NCBI GenBank assembly: GCA_963810095.1
Contig: CAWEMM010000006.1
Coordinates: forward strand, 800,001-864,000
Source: an uncultured Chloroflexia bacterium
Lineage (GTDB): Bacteria; Chloroflexota; Anaerolineae; CG2-30-64-16
Reading direction: 5' to 3'
Length of the DNA: 64,000 nucleotides
Made by a program: the position numbers and the translations under genes. Positions 39,541 to 50,198 of this stretch are shown piece by piece; within the stretch, counting starts at the first letter, position 1, and each line of letters opens with the position of its first letter. The notes under the pieces were generated by a model that worked only from the letters and a program-made list of their open reading frames with translations, was not told where the DNA came from and did not search any database.

Positions 39541-40807
39541 ATGACCGTAACCGCCGTCGTCGGCGCTCAATGGGGCGATGAAGGGAAGGGGCGGATCGTC
39601 GACTACCTGGCCCAGAACGCCCACATGGTGATTCGCTTCCAGGGCGGCGACAACGCCGGGCACACGGTTGTCAACGAGCACGGCACATTCCGCCTGCACC
39701 TGGTCCCCTCAGGCATCTTCAACCCTGCGACGGTTTGCATCGTCGGTTCCGGCACGGTCATTCATCCCCCGGCCTTGCTCGACGAGATGAGCGAACTGGT
39801 GGCCGCGGGCATCAGCCTCGATAACCTTTGGATTTCGGATCGCGCCCACGTGATTATGCCTTACCACCGTGTCCTCGACGGGCTCGAGGAGTCGGCACGG
39901 GGCGGCGCGCAGATCGGCACGACCAAGCGGGGCATCGGCCCGGCATACGCGGACAAGGCCGCCCGCAGCGGCATCCGCATGGGCGACCTGTGCCGGCCCG
40001 GCTACCTGGCCGACCGGCTCGCCCTCGCACTCCCGCGCGTCAACCGCACGGTCACGCAGCTCGGCAGCGAGGAATTCGACCTGTACGGGCTGGCACGGCA
40101 GGCGATGGGCTGGGGCAATGCGCTCGACGGGCGCATCGTGGACACTGGGCCCGTCGTGCAGGCCGCCTATCGTGCGGGCGAAGAAATCCTGCTCGAAGGC
40201 CAGCTGGGCGTGATGCGCGACCTCGACTGGGGCACCTACCCCTACGTCACCTCCTCGAATCCGATTGCCGGCGGCGGCTACGCAGGCGCCGGCCTCCCGC
40301 CGCAGGCCATCCAGCGCGTCGTCGGCGTGGTCAAGGCCTACTGCACCGCGGTCGGCGCAGGGCCCCTGCCCACCGAGCTGCACGACGAGGTGGCCGACCA
40401 CCTGCGCAGCGTGGGTGCGGAGTACGGCGCGACGACCGGCCGCCCGCGTCGCTGTGGCTGGCTGGACGGGGTAGCATTGCCCTATGCGGCGTGGCTGAAC
40501 GGCTTCACCGGCCTCGCGATCACCAAGCTCGACGTGCTGGATGGGCTGCCCGAGCTGAAGATCTGCACGGGCTACCGGATCGGCGACGACGTCGTCGACC
40601 GGATCCCCGACACTTACAACATGGCGCGTGCCGACCCGATCTACGAGAGCTGGCCGCGGCTGGCAAGAGTCGACGCGGCACGCCCGCCGCTGGGGCGAAC
40701 TGCCGCAAGCCGCCAAGGCCTACCTCGACCGCATCTCAGAGCTTGCCGGCACGCCCTTGCAGTACGTCTCCGTCGGCCCCGGCAGGGACCAGTTGATCGT
40801 CTTGTAG
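39541..40807 (+). CDS. purA: Adenylosuccinate synthetase, frameshifted near 40655
   Basis: Motifs [39 protein letters not shown]; the C-terminus [13 protein letters not shown] is in the shifted frame. Confidence 0.95.
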
Positions 40808-40909
40808 AGCGAGAAGGTCGCAAACACAAAGGCACCGGAGGACCGAAGCTTCACAAGAGTCCTTGTGCATCTTTGGTTCTTCGGTTCTTTTGTGTTAGGA
40901 GAGGGCAAC

Positions 40910-42315
40910 GTGAGCGACTCTTCCTATTCTTACGACACCTATCTGTCCCCGTTCACCTGGCGGTACGGCTCGACGGAGATGCGGGCGCTGTGGAGCGAGC
41001 TGCACCGGCGCAGGCTGTGGCGCACGATCTGGGTCGCGCTGGCCCAGCGCGGAGCAGGCCGCGGGCCTGACCACCCCCGAGCAGGTCGCCGACCTGGCGG
41101 CGCACGCCGAAGAGATCGACCTGGCCGCGCGCGCTGGAGATCGAGGCCGAGATCCATCACGACCTGATGGCCGAGGTGCGCACCTTTGCCGAGCAGTGTC
41201 CGATTGGCGGCGGGGTCATCCACCTGGGCGCCACCTCGATGGACATCGAGGACAACGCCGAGGCGCTGCGCGTCCGCGACGCGCTCGACATCCTCCTCGG
41301 CAAGCTCAGGGCGCTGCTGGCCGCTTTCGCCGGCCAGATCGAGGAGTGGGCCGGTGTCCCGGCGATGGCCTTCACCCACCTCCAGCCCGCCGAGCCGACG
41401 ACGGTGGGCTACCGGCTGGCGCAGTACGGCCAGGACCTGCTGACCGACTACCTCGACCTGGGCCGCGTGCGTGCGGCCGTGCGGGGCAAGGGCCTCAAGG
41501 GCGCGGTCGGCACGTCCGCGTCGTACCTCCAATTGCTCCAGGGCACCGGGATGACGCCGGCAGAACTCGAGGACCGCGTCATGGACACCCTCGGGTTGCC
41601 CGCATATCCGGTCGCCACCCAGGTCTATCCGCGCAAGCAGGACTACACAGTCCTCGCCGCCCTCGCCGGGCTGGCCCAGTCGCTCTACAAGTTCGCGTTC
41701 GACCTGCGTTTCCTGCAGACGCCTCCCATCGGCGAATGGGCCGAGCCGTTTGGCCGCAGCCAGGTCGGTTCGAGCGCCATGCCCTTCAAGCGCAACCCGA
41801 TCCATGCGGAGAACATGGACAGCCTCGCCCGGCTGCTCGCCGGCCTGCCGCGGGTCGCCTGGGACAACGCCGCGCACAACCTGCTCGAGCGCACGCTGGA
41901 CGATTCGGCCAACCGCCGGACGATCCTCCCCGAAGGGTTCCTGATCGCGGACGAGCTGCTGATGCGGGCCACCCGCATTGTCACGGGCCTGCGCTTCGAC
42001 GGGCAGGCCCGCGAACGGCTGCTGGCCGCGTACGGGCCCTTTGCGGCCACAGAGCGGCTGCTGATGGAGCTGGCGCGGCGCGGCGCCGACCGGCAGGCCA
42101 TGCACGAGCTGATTCGCGAGCACTCGATGGCGGCCTGGGCGGCCGTCCAGGCCGGCGGAGCCAACCCATTGGTCGGGGCCCTGTGCGCCGACCCGCGGCT
42201 GGCGGAGTATGCGGACCGGGAGCAGCTGGCGGCGTGGCTGGACGCAACCGACTACCTGGGGGATGCGCCCACCCGGGCGCTGGAGATGGCCGCGACGCTG
42301 CGTCGCACGGTGTAG
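40910..42315 (+). CDS. purB: Adenylosuccinate lyase, frameshifts near 41045-41130
   Basis: Motifs [40 protein letters not shown]. Confidence 0.93.
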
Positions 42316-42367
42316 GGGCGAGGCAAAGCGGGCTTGCCTCGCCCCTCGAGGTTGCGGGCTTCGGCCC

Positions 42368-42822
42368 TTACTTCAGCGTCTGCAGGTAGGCGACCAGGTC
42401 GTTGATCTGCTCGGGCGTGAGCTCGTCTTTGAAGTTCTGGGGCATGATGCCGGGCGCGAACCCTTCGACCACGTCGACGCTCGGGTTCACAATCGCCTCG
42501 TGGAGCCATTCGGCCTGGCTCTTGGCGGTGCCCTTGTAACCGGCCTCCTTGAAGGCGCCCTCCGCATCCGTCGCAATGCCGTAGAGCGACGGGCCGACAA
42601 GCTTCTGGTCCTTCACGATCGAGTGGCACGTCTTGCAGCCCGGCAGGTTGTCTTTGCCCAGCGTGGCCTGGTTGAACAGCTTTTCGCCGTTCGCGGCATT
42701 GCCGGCCGCGGCGCTTCCTGTCGAACTCGTGCCGTGCCGCCCGCTGGCGCGCCCTGCCCGCCGCACACGGCCAAAACGAGCGCGCCGATCAGGATCAACA
42801 GGACCCATGACTTCCGCAACAT
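42368..42822 (-). CDS. Monoheme cytochrome c lipoprotein, frameshifted near the N-terminus
   Basis: Signal MLRKSWVLLILIGALVLAVC, heme motif CKTCH, VGPSL, axial Met in GIMP. Confidence 0.85.
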
Positions 42823-42981
42823 AAGGGACCTCCGATACAGTGTGAGGGACGAGGCGTTACCGCCCCGTAAGGATTGCCTGGTGCGTGGGGAGACGCGACG
42901 CCGCAATGGCGAAGACGCCAGGCACGAGCACCGCTTCCAGTATAGAGGTGGCTGTAGGGTCTGTATAGTGTCGGAAAATAC

Positions 42982-43014
42982 AAAACGCACGGGGCGCTGC
43001 CCCGTGCGTTGTTT
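42982..43014. terminator. Intrinsic terminator hairpin
   Basis: AACGCACGGGGC-GCT-GCCCCGTGCGTT with T-rich flanks on both strands. Confidence 0.75.
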
Positions 43015-43053
43015 GTGCCAAGTCAGGGCCGGGTGGGGCCCTGCAACACGTGC

Positions 43054-43786
43054 TTAGGCGGTCCTGCGGCGGGAGATCATCACGCCGACGACGACGCCCA
43101 GCGCCACCACGCCGAGGCCCGCATAGAGCGGCCAGGCGGTGCGGGTGGCGGAGGCGGAGCTCATGTCGACGGCGTTGGGCTTGGTGCCACTGATTGTGAG
43201 CACGGGACGGAACGCCGGGTTCGCGGTGTACTCTTGGCTGTAGAAGTTTACCTGGCTCGTAGTCGAGCAATTAGCACTGAAGCTCATTGCCAGGGTGACC
43301 ACGTTGTCGCCATCGGCCTGCAGCTGAACATAGTTCTTCAGACCCGCGTCCGCGCCGCCCCAAGTCAAGGGAGTGCCCGCGGTGGTGCTGCTGGCGATGA
43401 CCTTGCTTTCAATCACCGTCGCGCCAGCCGTAGTAGGGGCATTAGTTGCATTGAGCGTGGCAGGATCGAAATCAGCGACGCCATACAGAGTCAGGGTCGG
43501 ATTATTGGCAAGGCCGTTAAGCGTCGCACCATGGGTGAGTGCGAGCGAAGCAGAATTGACCGTGCCAAAGGTGGATGCGTCGAACTGGAAATAGCCGATC
43601 CACGTGTCGTTGCATGTCCCCGTCGAATCGGCGACTACCACTTGCTGCACCGTCGGGTTATTGCTCCCTCCGCTACCGAGAATGACATAAGTATCATAGT
43701 AAGGGCCGGTGAAAGCCGCGGATGCCACTTCCAACACCGACTGCAAACAGCACAAATACCAGGAACAGGTACGAGAAATGCTTCAT
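43054..43786 (-). CDS. Secreted beta-rich protein with a C-terminal TM anchor (DNRLRE/CBM96-like), frameshifted in the signal region
   Basis: AGGAG RBS, then MKHFSYLFLVFVLFAVG; YFQFDAS, FYSQE..RPVLTI; tail PNAVDMSSASA, a TM helix and SRRRTA. Confidence 0.65.
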
Positions 43787-43815
43787 GGGACGCTCCTTAG
43801 ATCAGGATGACAAGA

Positions 43816-44517
43816 TCAGGGCCAAGTAGTTGGCGCACCGGTTGCGAGGCAGGCGACGTACGGATATCCGATTTTCACCGGGAAATTGGTGCCGCTTCCA
43901 CCAAATTCGTCGACAGTCCAGATATCAAACAACTGAAGCGTAGCGTCCCAGTGCAGGACCTGAGTGGCGCTCAACGCCGTTGCCAGCTGCGTCGCGTTGG
44001 TGATCGTGGACTGGTCCAGCGGGAGCGAGAATTCGTTGAACTTGCACGAGGCCGCCGTAACGAAGGTGAAGTGAGTGCTTCCCTGTGCGGGGACATCGCC
44101 AACAAACGAAACCACTGCCGGGGCCGTCAAGTCGAGGAGCAGCCGATCCGCGCCCCCAACGGCTAGCGGGAACTTGGTCCCCGATCCGCCAAACTCGTCA
44201 ATCGTCCAGATCTGGTAAACCTGGTTCACATTGTCCCACGCCAACGCTTGACGCACGCTGCTGCCGACCAGCTTGGCAAGCCCATCTGCATCAAAGGACA
44301 GGCCCGCAGTGGTGAACTGATTGGCAGAATTGAGAGGCATCGCAATCATGTTGAAGTTCGGTCCGGCCGTCGGCGCATCCGGGTGATACTCCGGCGCGGC
44401 GGCCGATACAGGCGCCCCAGCCAGCGGCGCGTTAGCATTGGGCAACGCCAACACGGCAAGTGCACCCAGCCCGAGGAGCAGGGCCACGGCGAGGACAGTC
44501 GTGAGAACTCGTCTCAT
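43816..44517 (-). CDS. Secreted protein with two internal repeats
   Basis: Signal peptide; repeats N-x-(I/F)-(A/S)-(M/L)PL...WD...IWT(I/V)DEFGGSGT(K/N)FP. Confidence 0.75.
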   Translation of the reverse strand: MRRVLTTVLAVALLLGLGALAVLALPNANAPLAGAPVSAAAPEYHPDAPTAGPNFNMIAMPLNSANQFTTAGLSFDADGLAKLVGSSVRQALAWDNVNQVYQIWTIDEFGGSGTKFPLAVGGADRLLLDLTAPAVVSFVGDVPAQGSTHFTFVTAASCKFNEFSLPLDQSTITNATQLATALSATQVLHWDATLQLFDIWTVDEFGGSGTNFPVKIGYPYVACLATGAPTTWP

Positions 44518-44599
44518 TGGGGATTCCTCCTTGGTTTGCGACGCGCTGTAGGCAACAGCGGCCGTCTAACTTCAATATCCGTCGGTTGAGGCAGTCAGG

Positions 44600-44629
44600 A
44601 TTATACATCCTCGTGCCAATTAGTGTCAA
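44600..44629 (-). promoter_or_regulatory. Consensus sigma70 promoter for the two secreted-protein genes
   Basis: Exact TTGACA-18 nt-TATAAT on the minus strand. Confidence 0.75.
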
Positions 44630-44651
44630 GCGACAACAAGCGGATTGGAAT

Positions 44652-47600
44652 CTACGGGAAACTACGCAAGCGATTTGGCATCAGGGGCAGGCCGACGACG
44701 GTGAGACGGTCCCGCGCCTGCCCCAAACGCCTTAAGGCGCGCCCGGGAACAAGGGTGAAGTCGAATTCCGCCTCCTCCCGCGAGTCGAGCGAGCGTCCGC
44801 CTGCGCCGTTGACCGCTACCACCTTGTAGAAATGGTTCACTGCCGGGTCGCCCACCACGCCCTTGTCGATGTACACACTGCGATCCCCGCCGAAGTCGGA
44901 CGGGTGGACCTCGGACACGAGCGTCATGCTCGCGCCCGCACCCGTCGTGCCGTACGGCGTCTCGCTGCGCCACAATTCGTACCGGTTCGGAAACTCGTAG
45001 CCGTCGGACACGTCACGGATGATCGCCGCCCAATTCACGTTCAGATCGACCGTGTTGGTGATGACGGAGAAGGGCAGCGGCACCTCCGGCTGGTCGGCTT
45101 TGCTGGGCGCCACCAGGACGAGACCCGACTGGGGCGGTACGTCAGCGGTAATCTGGCACACGACGAACGTGTCCGGGTTGCATTGGGTCGTGAACGTGTT
45201 GCCGGTCACGACGTCCATCCACACTTCGTCCTGGAATGAGAGGTAAGGCGCCTTCTCCAGGTTTTGGAACACGATCGTGTGCGTCACCGCATCGCGATTC
45301 AGCGCGATCAGCTGCGGACTTCTGCTCGGCCTCCAGCGTTCGCGCGTAGGCATAGAGCTTGTCGGCGTCCGAGATGACGAGGCCGTGCTGCACGTCGCCA
45401 TACTGCAGCGCCGGGTAACCCTGCCGGGCACTGGTGAGGCTGCGCAGGAAGGGCAACGTGCCGGTGTAGGGCGTGTACGAGCCGGGGGTGTCGTCCCAGG
45501 GGAACGGCGTCCGGTTGTAAGGATCGTCCTGCCACGTCGCGTTGGTGCTGTCCCAGACGCCATCCGCCTGCACCTGCATCTCGTCCCCGTAATAGAGCGT
45601 CGGTGCGCCGGCGTAGGTCAGGTTGAAGAGCCAGTACTCCTTCATGCGCTGCAGCGCCGCCGCATCGTCGTCATTGTTGATCTTCTTCAGGAGGAAACGC
45701 AGGCGGTTTGTGTCGTGCGAGTCGCCCATATTCATCATGGCCTTGAACGCTGCCGGCGGGTAGTCCTCCTGGATCGAGCGCAGGCGGGCGTTGAGCTGGG
45801 AAGGCGTCAACGCGCTGATGGGGCCCGACGCGCTGTTCGCGTTGTCGTCGTTATCCTGGAAACTGGTGCCGCCCGTGCAGCCATCACCCGAGCATCCCGT
45901 GAAGAGCCAGCCGAGCGCGGCCGAGCGCAGGCGGTAGTTCATCGCACTGTCCCACTCGTTGCCAAGCAGCCAGGGCGACGCGTCGCCCCACTCCTCGCCC
46001 AGAACGAGGGGCACCGTGCGAGTCTGCACGCTCGTATCCTTGACCGCAGCACGGAAGCCTTCCCAGTAGGTATTTGGCTGCGCCGGGTCCTCCTGCGTCA
46101 GTCCTGGATCGATGTCGCCGGCCACGTCGAGCCGCCACCCGGAGGCACCTTGCTGCACCCAGTAAGGTCCGATGGATGGCTGCACACCCGTGCCACCGAT
46201 TCCCTTCGCGTACACGAGGTCACGCACGCCCTGGTTCGCGGAATCCAGCTTAGGCAGCGAGCCATAACCGTACCAGGCCGTGTACGTCTGCGTCCATGCC
46301 CCGCCGCGGTCGTCCGTGTCCGTGGGGTCGCAGCGGTCGTCGGCCCCCGAAGCGGGAGAGCCGCCATCCGGGATGAAGAACCACGCCCGGCGCGGCGAGT
46401 TCGGGCTCTCGCAGGCCTGAATGTTGTCGTCCAGGCCGGGACCGGTATTGCTGACCAGTTGGTCCTTGAAGTTGTACCGGCTGTAGCGATCGAAGTACGC
46501 GCTGTCCGACGACGTGTGGTTGAACACGCCATCGAGGATGATGCTGATGCCCTTGGCCGCCGCCGCGGCCTTGAGGTTTTGCCAGGCGGTCGAACCGCCA
46601 AATTCTTGGTCGATGCTGCGGTAGTTCGCCGTGTCGTACTTGTGATTCGACGGCGACGAAAAGATCGGGTTGATGTAGATGGCGCTCACCCCGAGGTTGT
46701 TGAAATAACCGTCGTTGATCTTCTGTGCGATGCCGGCCAGGTCGCCGCCGTAGAGGTTCTCGCCGAACTTGTTCTGACAAGGCCCCGTGCTGCGGGGGTC
46801 GCACAGGGTCGTGTTCCAGGTCATCGTGAACGAACGATAGATGGTGCCGCCGGGCTGATTATAGTAGAAGCGCGACTTGACCGCGTTGTTCACCGATTGG
46901 CCGTCGCGGAACCGGTCGGGGAAGATTTGGTAAACAATGCCCTTCTGCATCCAGTCGGGCGTGGTGAAGTTCTGGTCATAAACCGTGAGTTGATAAGAGT
47001 TGGCCTCGGCGTTGGCCTGGTTATCGTCAGGGGTGCCGTAGCCTCCGCCGTAGAACTTCGGGTCATCGTCCCGATAGAAGACCGTCTTCGTGCCGTCGAT
47101 CAGGCGGAAGGTGTAGTACAGAATCGTGGGGTCGGCCGGCACGGGCAGGTCGTAGGTCCAGAAAGTTACTTCGCCGTGCACCGGGTCGACCAGCTCGGGG
47201 CCGGCAACCATATCGTAGAGCAACTCGGTGTTCGTGCGATCGTCCCAGACCCGCAGCTTGGCGGCGGTAAGGTCGCCCCGGCAGGCGCGTACCCGCAAGG
47301 ACAGCGTCCCCGGCGCATTGCTCACGGCTCCAAGCGGACTGCGGTAGTCGGTGCTGAACGAGTCATGGAGCAGGGCCGACCAGAAGATGTTGTTGTCGGG
47401 CTTGGCGCCCAGGCAGTCGCCCGAGGTCGGTTGGTTGACGGTCAGCTTGATGTTGCCGCTGGACATCGTCGCCCAGTATTTCACGGGCGGCGATTCAGTG
47501 ACGTCAGTGCAGTAGGCCGTGAACTCGTACAGGCCCGAGAGCGGGGAGACCGTGGCGGTGAAACGGTCGCTGTTGCCAACGTCCTCTGACCACGTCATGG

Positions 47601-47946
47601 GCGTGTCGAAGGGGGTGGGCTGCCAGGCGCCGCCAAAGCTCGCAACCTTCGACCAGTACAGGTGGCATTCGATCTCATAGCTGTCGCCTGGGATCACATC
47701 GGTGGTGCCGGCCTTGTAGGCGTCGACCGTCACGGTGAAGGACTGGCCCGAGTTAATGGCGTTGCTCGATCCGCTGGCCGGAATCAGGTTGCCGACCGTG
47801 TTGATGGTTTGCGGGCTGGTAGGTGCCGTTGGGGCCGCGGCGAGTGCTGCGGGCACACAGACCACCGCGGCAACTAGCAGCGATGCCAAAATCGCGTGGC
47901 GGGCGCGACGGAACGCGCTGCGCGGGGTTCGTCGTTGGGTCATCAT
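44652..47946 (-). CDS. Secreted GH13 alpha-amylase/amylopullulanase-like enzyme with a C-terminal Fn3-like domain, frameshifted near 45310
   Basis: Signal peptide; motifs YQIFPDRF, GGDLAGI, NHKYDT, DGVFNH, WRLDVA, GEEW, SHDT, YYGDE; C-terminus YELWRSETPY...NHFYKVVAV...EFDFTLVPG. The true stop may be near 44733. Confidence 0.88.
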
Positions 47947-47969
47947 AGCGCACCTCGATGGGGAATCAG

Positions 47970-47983
47970 GTAAAGCGCTTAAA
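47970..47983. promoter_or_regulatory. Candidate LacI-type operator upstream of the GH13 gene
   Basis: GTAAAGCGCTTAAA with a central AAGCGCTT palindrome. Confidence 0.55.
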
Positions 47984-48240
47984 ACAATCAGGCCGACACG
48001 CCGCAGATGTGCCGGCCTAGCGATGCGGGGACATGGTTGCGCAAGGTCGCGACAGACCGTTCGCGCACGCGGATGCCTTCACCGCGAAGGCCCCGCACTC
48101 GGTCAACAAGCTGCGACGGGGACTGGCAACGCAGCATGCCTCAGTCGGGGTCGAGCCGCCTTGGTCCATCCGGGCTGTCCGCCCCACCTGCAACAGCGGC
48201 GGTCGCATACGCGCCCGCCGGCCGCAGATGGCTGGAACTG

Positions 48241-48369
48241 CTACTTGTTCGTGCCGGCCGGATCAAGCGGATCAGGAATGCTCAACGGTGAACCGGCGCG
48301 TACCTCCAATGCCGACTCGTAGACCACTGCCGGCTCCTCGTATGGCTTGCGTTCCTGCTTCTGCTCCAT
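48241..48369 (-). CDS. Putative RiPP precursor peptide (42 aa; below the ORF-track cutoff)
   Basis: AGGAGG RBS, then MEQKQERKPYEEPAVVYESALEVRAGSPLSIPDPLDPAGTNK*. YxxP leader motif; immediately downstream of the PqqD gene. Confidence 0.8.
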   Translation of the reverse strand: MEQKQERKPYEEPAVVYESALEVRAGSPLSIPDPLDPAGTNK

Positions 48370-48471
48370 GATATCCTCCTAAAGATGTACCGCTACACAA
48401 CTACTGCGGAACTAGAGCGGCGCTGCGGCGATGTGGCATGGGATGGCAAGGGCATCACCGTGCGCCATGCG

Positions 48472-48744
48472 TCAAGAGTCAAAGGTCAGCAAACCCCGCC
48501 CGACCAGGTCTCGGCAGAAAGCCAGGGTGTCTGATTCGGCCTTGACCGAGCTGACCTCGTACTCTGCGGCGATCACGCGGGTTATATCGCCGATAGTGTG
48601 TTGTCCGTCGGCAAGCTCCCAGATGCGGGCGCCCACCCCGTTCAACACAGTCACCTTCTTCTGCTCCGCGTGAACCAGGACAGCCTCGCCGTCGAGCGTT
48701 CGACTCGCGACTCCCGACATGCGGCGTGGAACAACGTCTAGCAC
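48472..48744 (-). CDS. PqqD-family protein / stand-alone RiPP recognition element
   Basis: 90 aa with LDGEAVL...LNGVGARIWELADG...IAAEYEV...FCRDL..RGLL, the typical PqqD pattern. Confidence 0.9.
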   Translation of the reverse strand: MLDVVPRRMSGVASRTLDGEAVLVHAEQKKVTVLNGVGARIWELADGQHTIGDITRVIAAEYEVSSVKAESDTLAFCRDLVGRGLLTFDS

Positions 48745-49611
48745 GGCGCCTCTTGAGCAATGACGTCCCAGAAGGCGTCATCCTTCCGAAAGTGCAGCCG
48801 CCGCACGCCGACTGCGCCGGCAATGTCGCGGCAGCGCTCCATCAGGACCGGCAGCAGATCCGGGTGGTCGTTCACCACCGGCGCGTTCGCGAGCAACTCG
48901 GCCGCGCCGGCTAGGCCCGGCATCGGCTCGAGAAATACCTCCCGATCCTGGATCAGTTTGTAAATCCCGGTGACCAAGCCGCTCTCGGCCTCACCTTCGC
49001 GGTCCATGGTGTCAAAATTCCAGAAGGGTGTGCCGTAGGCGCACCAACCGCGTGCGCTGCGGCGCAATAGGATCAGGTCATCACCGAGAGCCACAGCTCG
49101 CTTTGCGGCCTGCGAGAGTGCCACAACAGTCGACTTACCGCTCCCGCTTTGGCCCACGAATAGGGCAACCCGTCGCCGCGTCATCCCTGGTGCAGGTTGG
49201 GTCAGTGCCGGTCGCACTCTCGCGCATGAGCGCCGCACAGTGAAGCAATAATCCATCGCGCCGCAGAGCAAAGAGGGCCAACGCGATGCGCAGAAAGTAC
49301 TCTGCTTCCCGCGCGGGCTCGGCTGAGCGCATGCGCAACTCAGCCCGCCCCCGCAGTGCGTCAATCATACCATAGAACGTGGTGCCGTCAAGTAGGTAGT
49401 CTTCCCCCTTCTTTGTCAAAGACGCGTGCAAGATACTCTCGGACGTGCCCGGGGCGTTCGCCTCGGGCGCCTCGCCGTGTACGACGACGACAAAGTCGGT
49501 CGTCGCGGCGCGGGCACACGCAAAGCGGGCAAGACGCGGTGCGAGGCGGTCGACCAGCGCGGCCGGGCTTAGCTCCAGCTCGACACGCCAACGTGCCAAT
49601 TCTAAGAGCAT
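48738..49611 (-). CDS. HPr-kinase-related P-loop protein (ScmC-like), frameshifted near 49180
   Basis: Motifs LLLHCAAL, LFVGQSGSGKST, LGDD, YGTPF, LHFRKD..FW. Confidence 0.78.
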
Positions 49612-49644
49612 GATAGCATGCCCCGGGGTCTGCCGCAACCGTAC

Positions 49645-50076
49645 TTAACCGCTATCACCGCGCGCCTTTTGCAGGAGCCGGCCGCCTCGCAGCCAGATCA
49701 GCAGGACCAGCACGGCCAGGCCGCCCAGCAGCACCGCATGCTGCCACTGCAAGCCGCCCGCGCGCACGCTGATCGGGCCGAAGCGGTTGACGAGCCCGTT
49801 TCGCTCCACTTCCTGCAACTCGTAGTAATAAGTCACGCCGCCCTGCGCCGTCTTGTCCAGGAAAGTGTATTCCTTCCCGGTCAACGGATCGGCGGATGGG
49901 GGTATCAACTCGTCGTTGACCTTGGTCTCGAACGGCCCATCAGGCGAGGTGCCGCGGTACAGGTTGAAGCCAGCCGTGTTCATCTCGGTTTCGGTCTTCC
50001 ACGTCACGCGCACCGGCGCGCCGCATCCGGCCAGCAAAAAGGTAAGCAGTGTCAGCAGAAACAGACAATTCCGCAT
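49645..50076 (-). CDS. Lipoprotein with an Fn3/Ig-like module and a C-terminal TM helix
   Basis: Lipobox LAGC; VTWKTETEMNTAGFNLYR...YTFLD...TYYYELQEVE; hydrophobic then basic tail. Confidence 0.75.
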   Translation of the reverse strand: MRNCLFLLTLLTFLLAGCGAPVRVTWKTETEMNTAGFNLYRGTSPDGPFETKVNDELIPPSADPLTGKEYTFLDKTAQGGVTYYYELQEVERNGLVNRFGPISVRAGGLQWQHAVLLGGLAVLVLLIWLRGGRLLQKARGDSG

Positions 50077-50198
50077 GGCGCCTCGAAAGACGGATAATGA
50101 CGCGGCCGGCAAAGCGCTCCGGTAGGCGCTCGCCTGATCCCGCGGAACAATGACAAGCGGCGGCCTGGCCGGCGCGATACGCGTGGCAGCCCTGCCCC

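Noticed and set aside
45277-47589. Long antisense ORFs (for example 770 aa here, also 8197-9612 and 34234-36117)
   Set aside because: These are shadow frames of real high-GC genes on the opposite strand and contain no recognisable motifs.
47990-48240. Structured RNA (for example a c-di-GMP riboswitch) between the peptide gene and the GH13 gene
   Set aside because: The region is GC-rich, but I could not identify any riboswitch consensus by eye; an Rfam scan would settle it.
48241-48744. PQQ biosynthesis or a complete lasso peptide cluster
   Set aside because: The peptide lacks the PqqA ExxxY core; pqqB/C/E, lasso cyclase and B2 protease genes are absent from the window.
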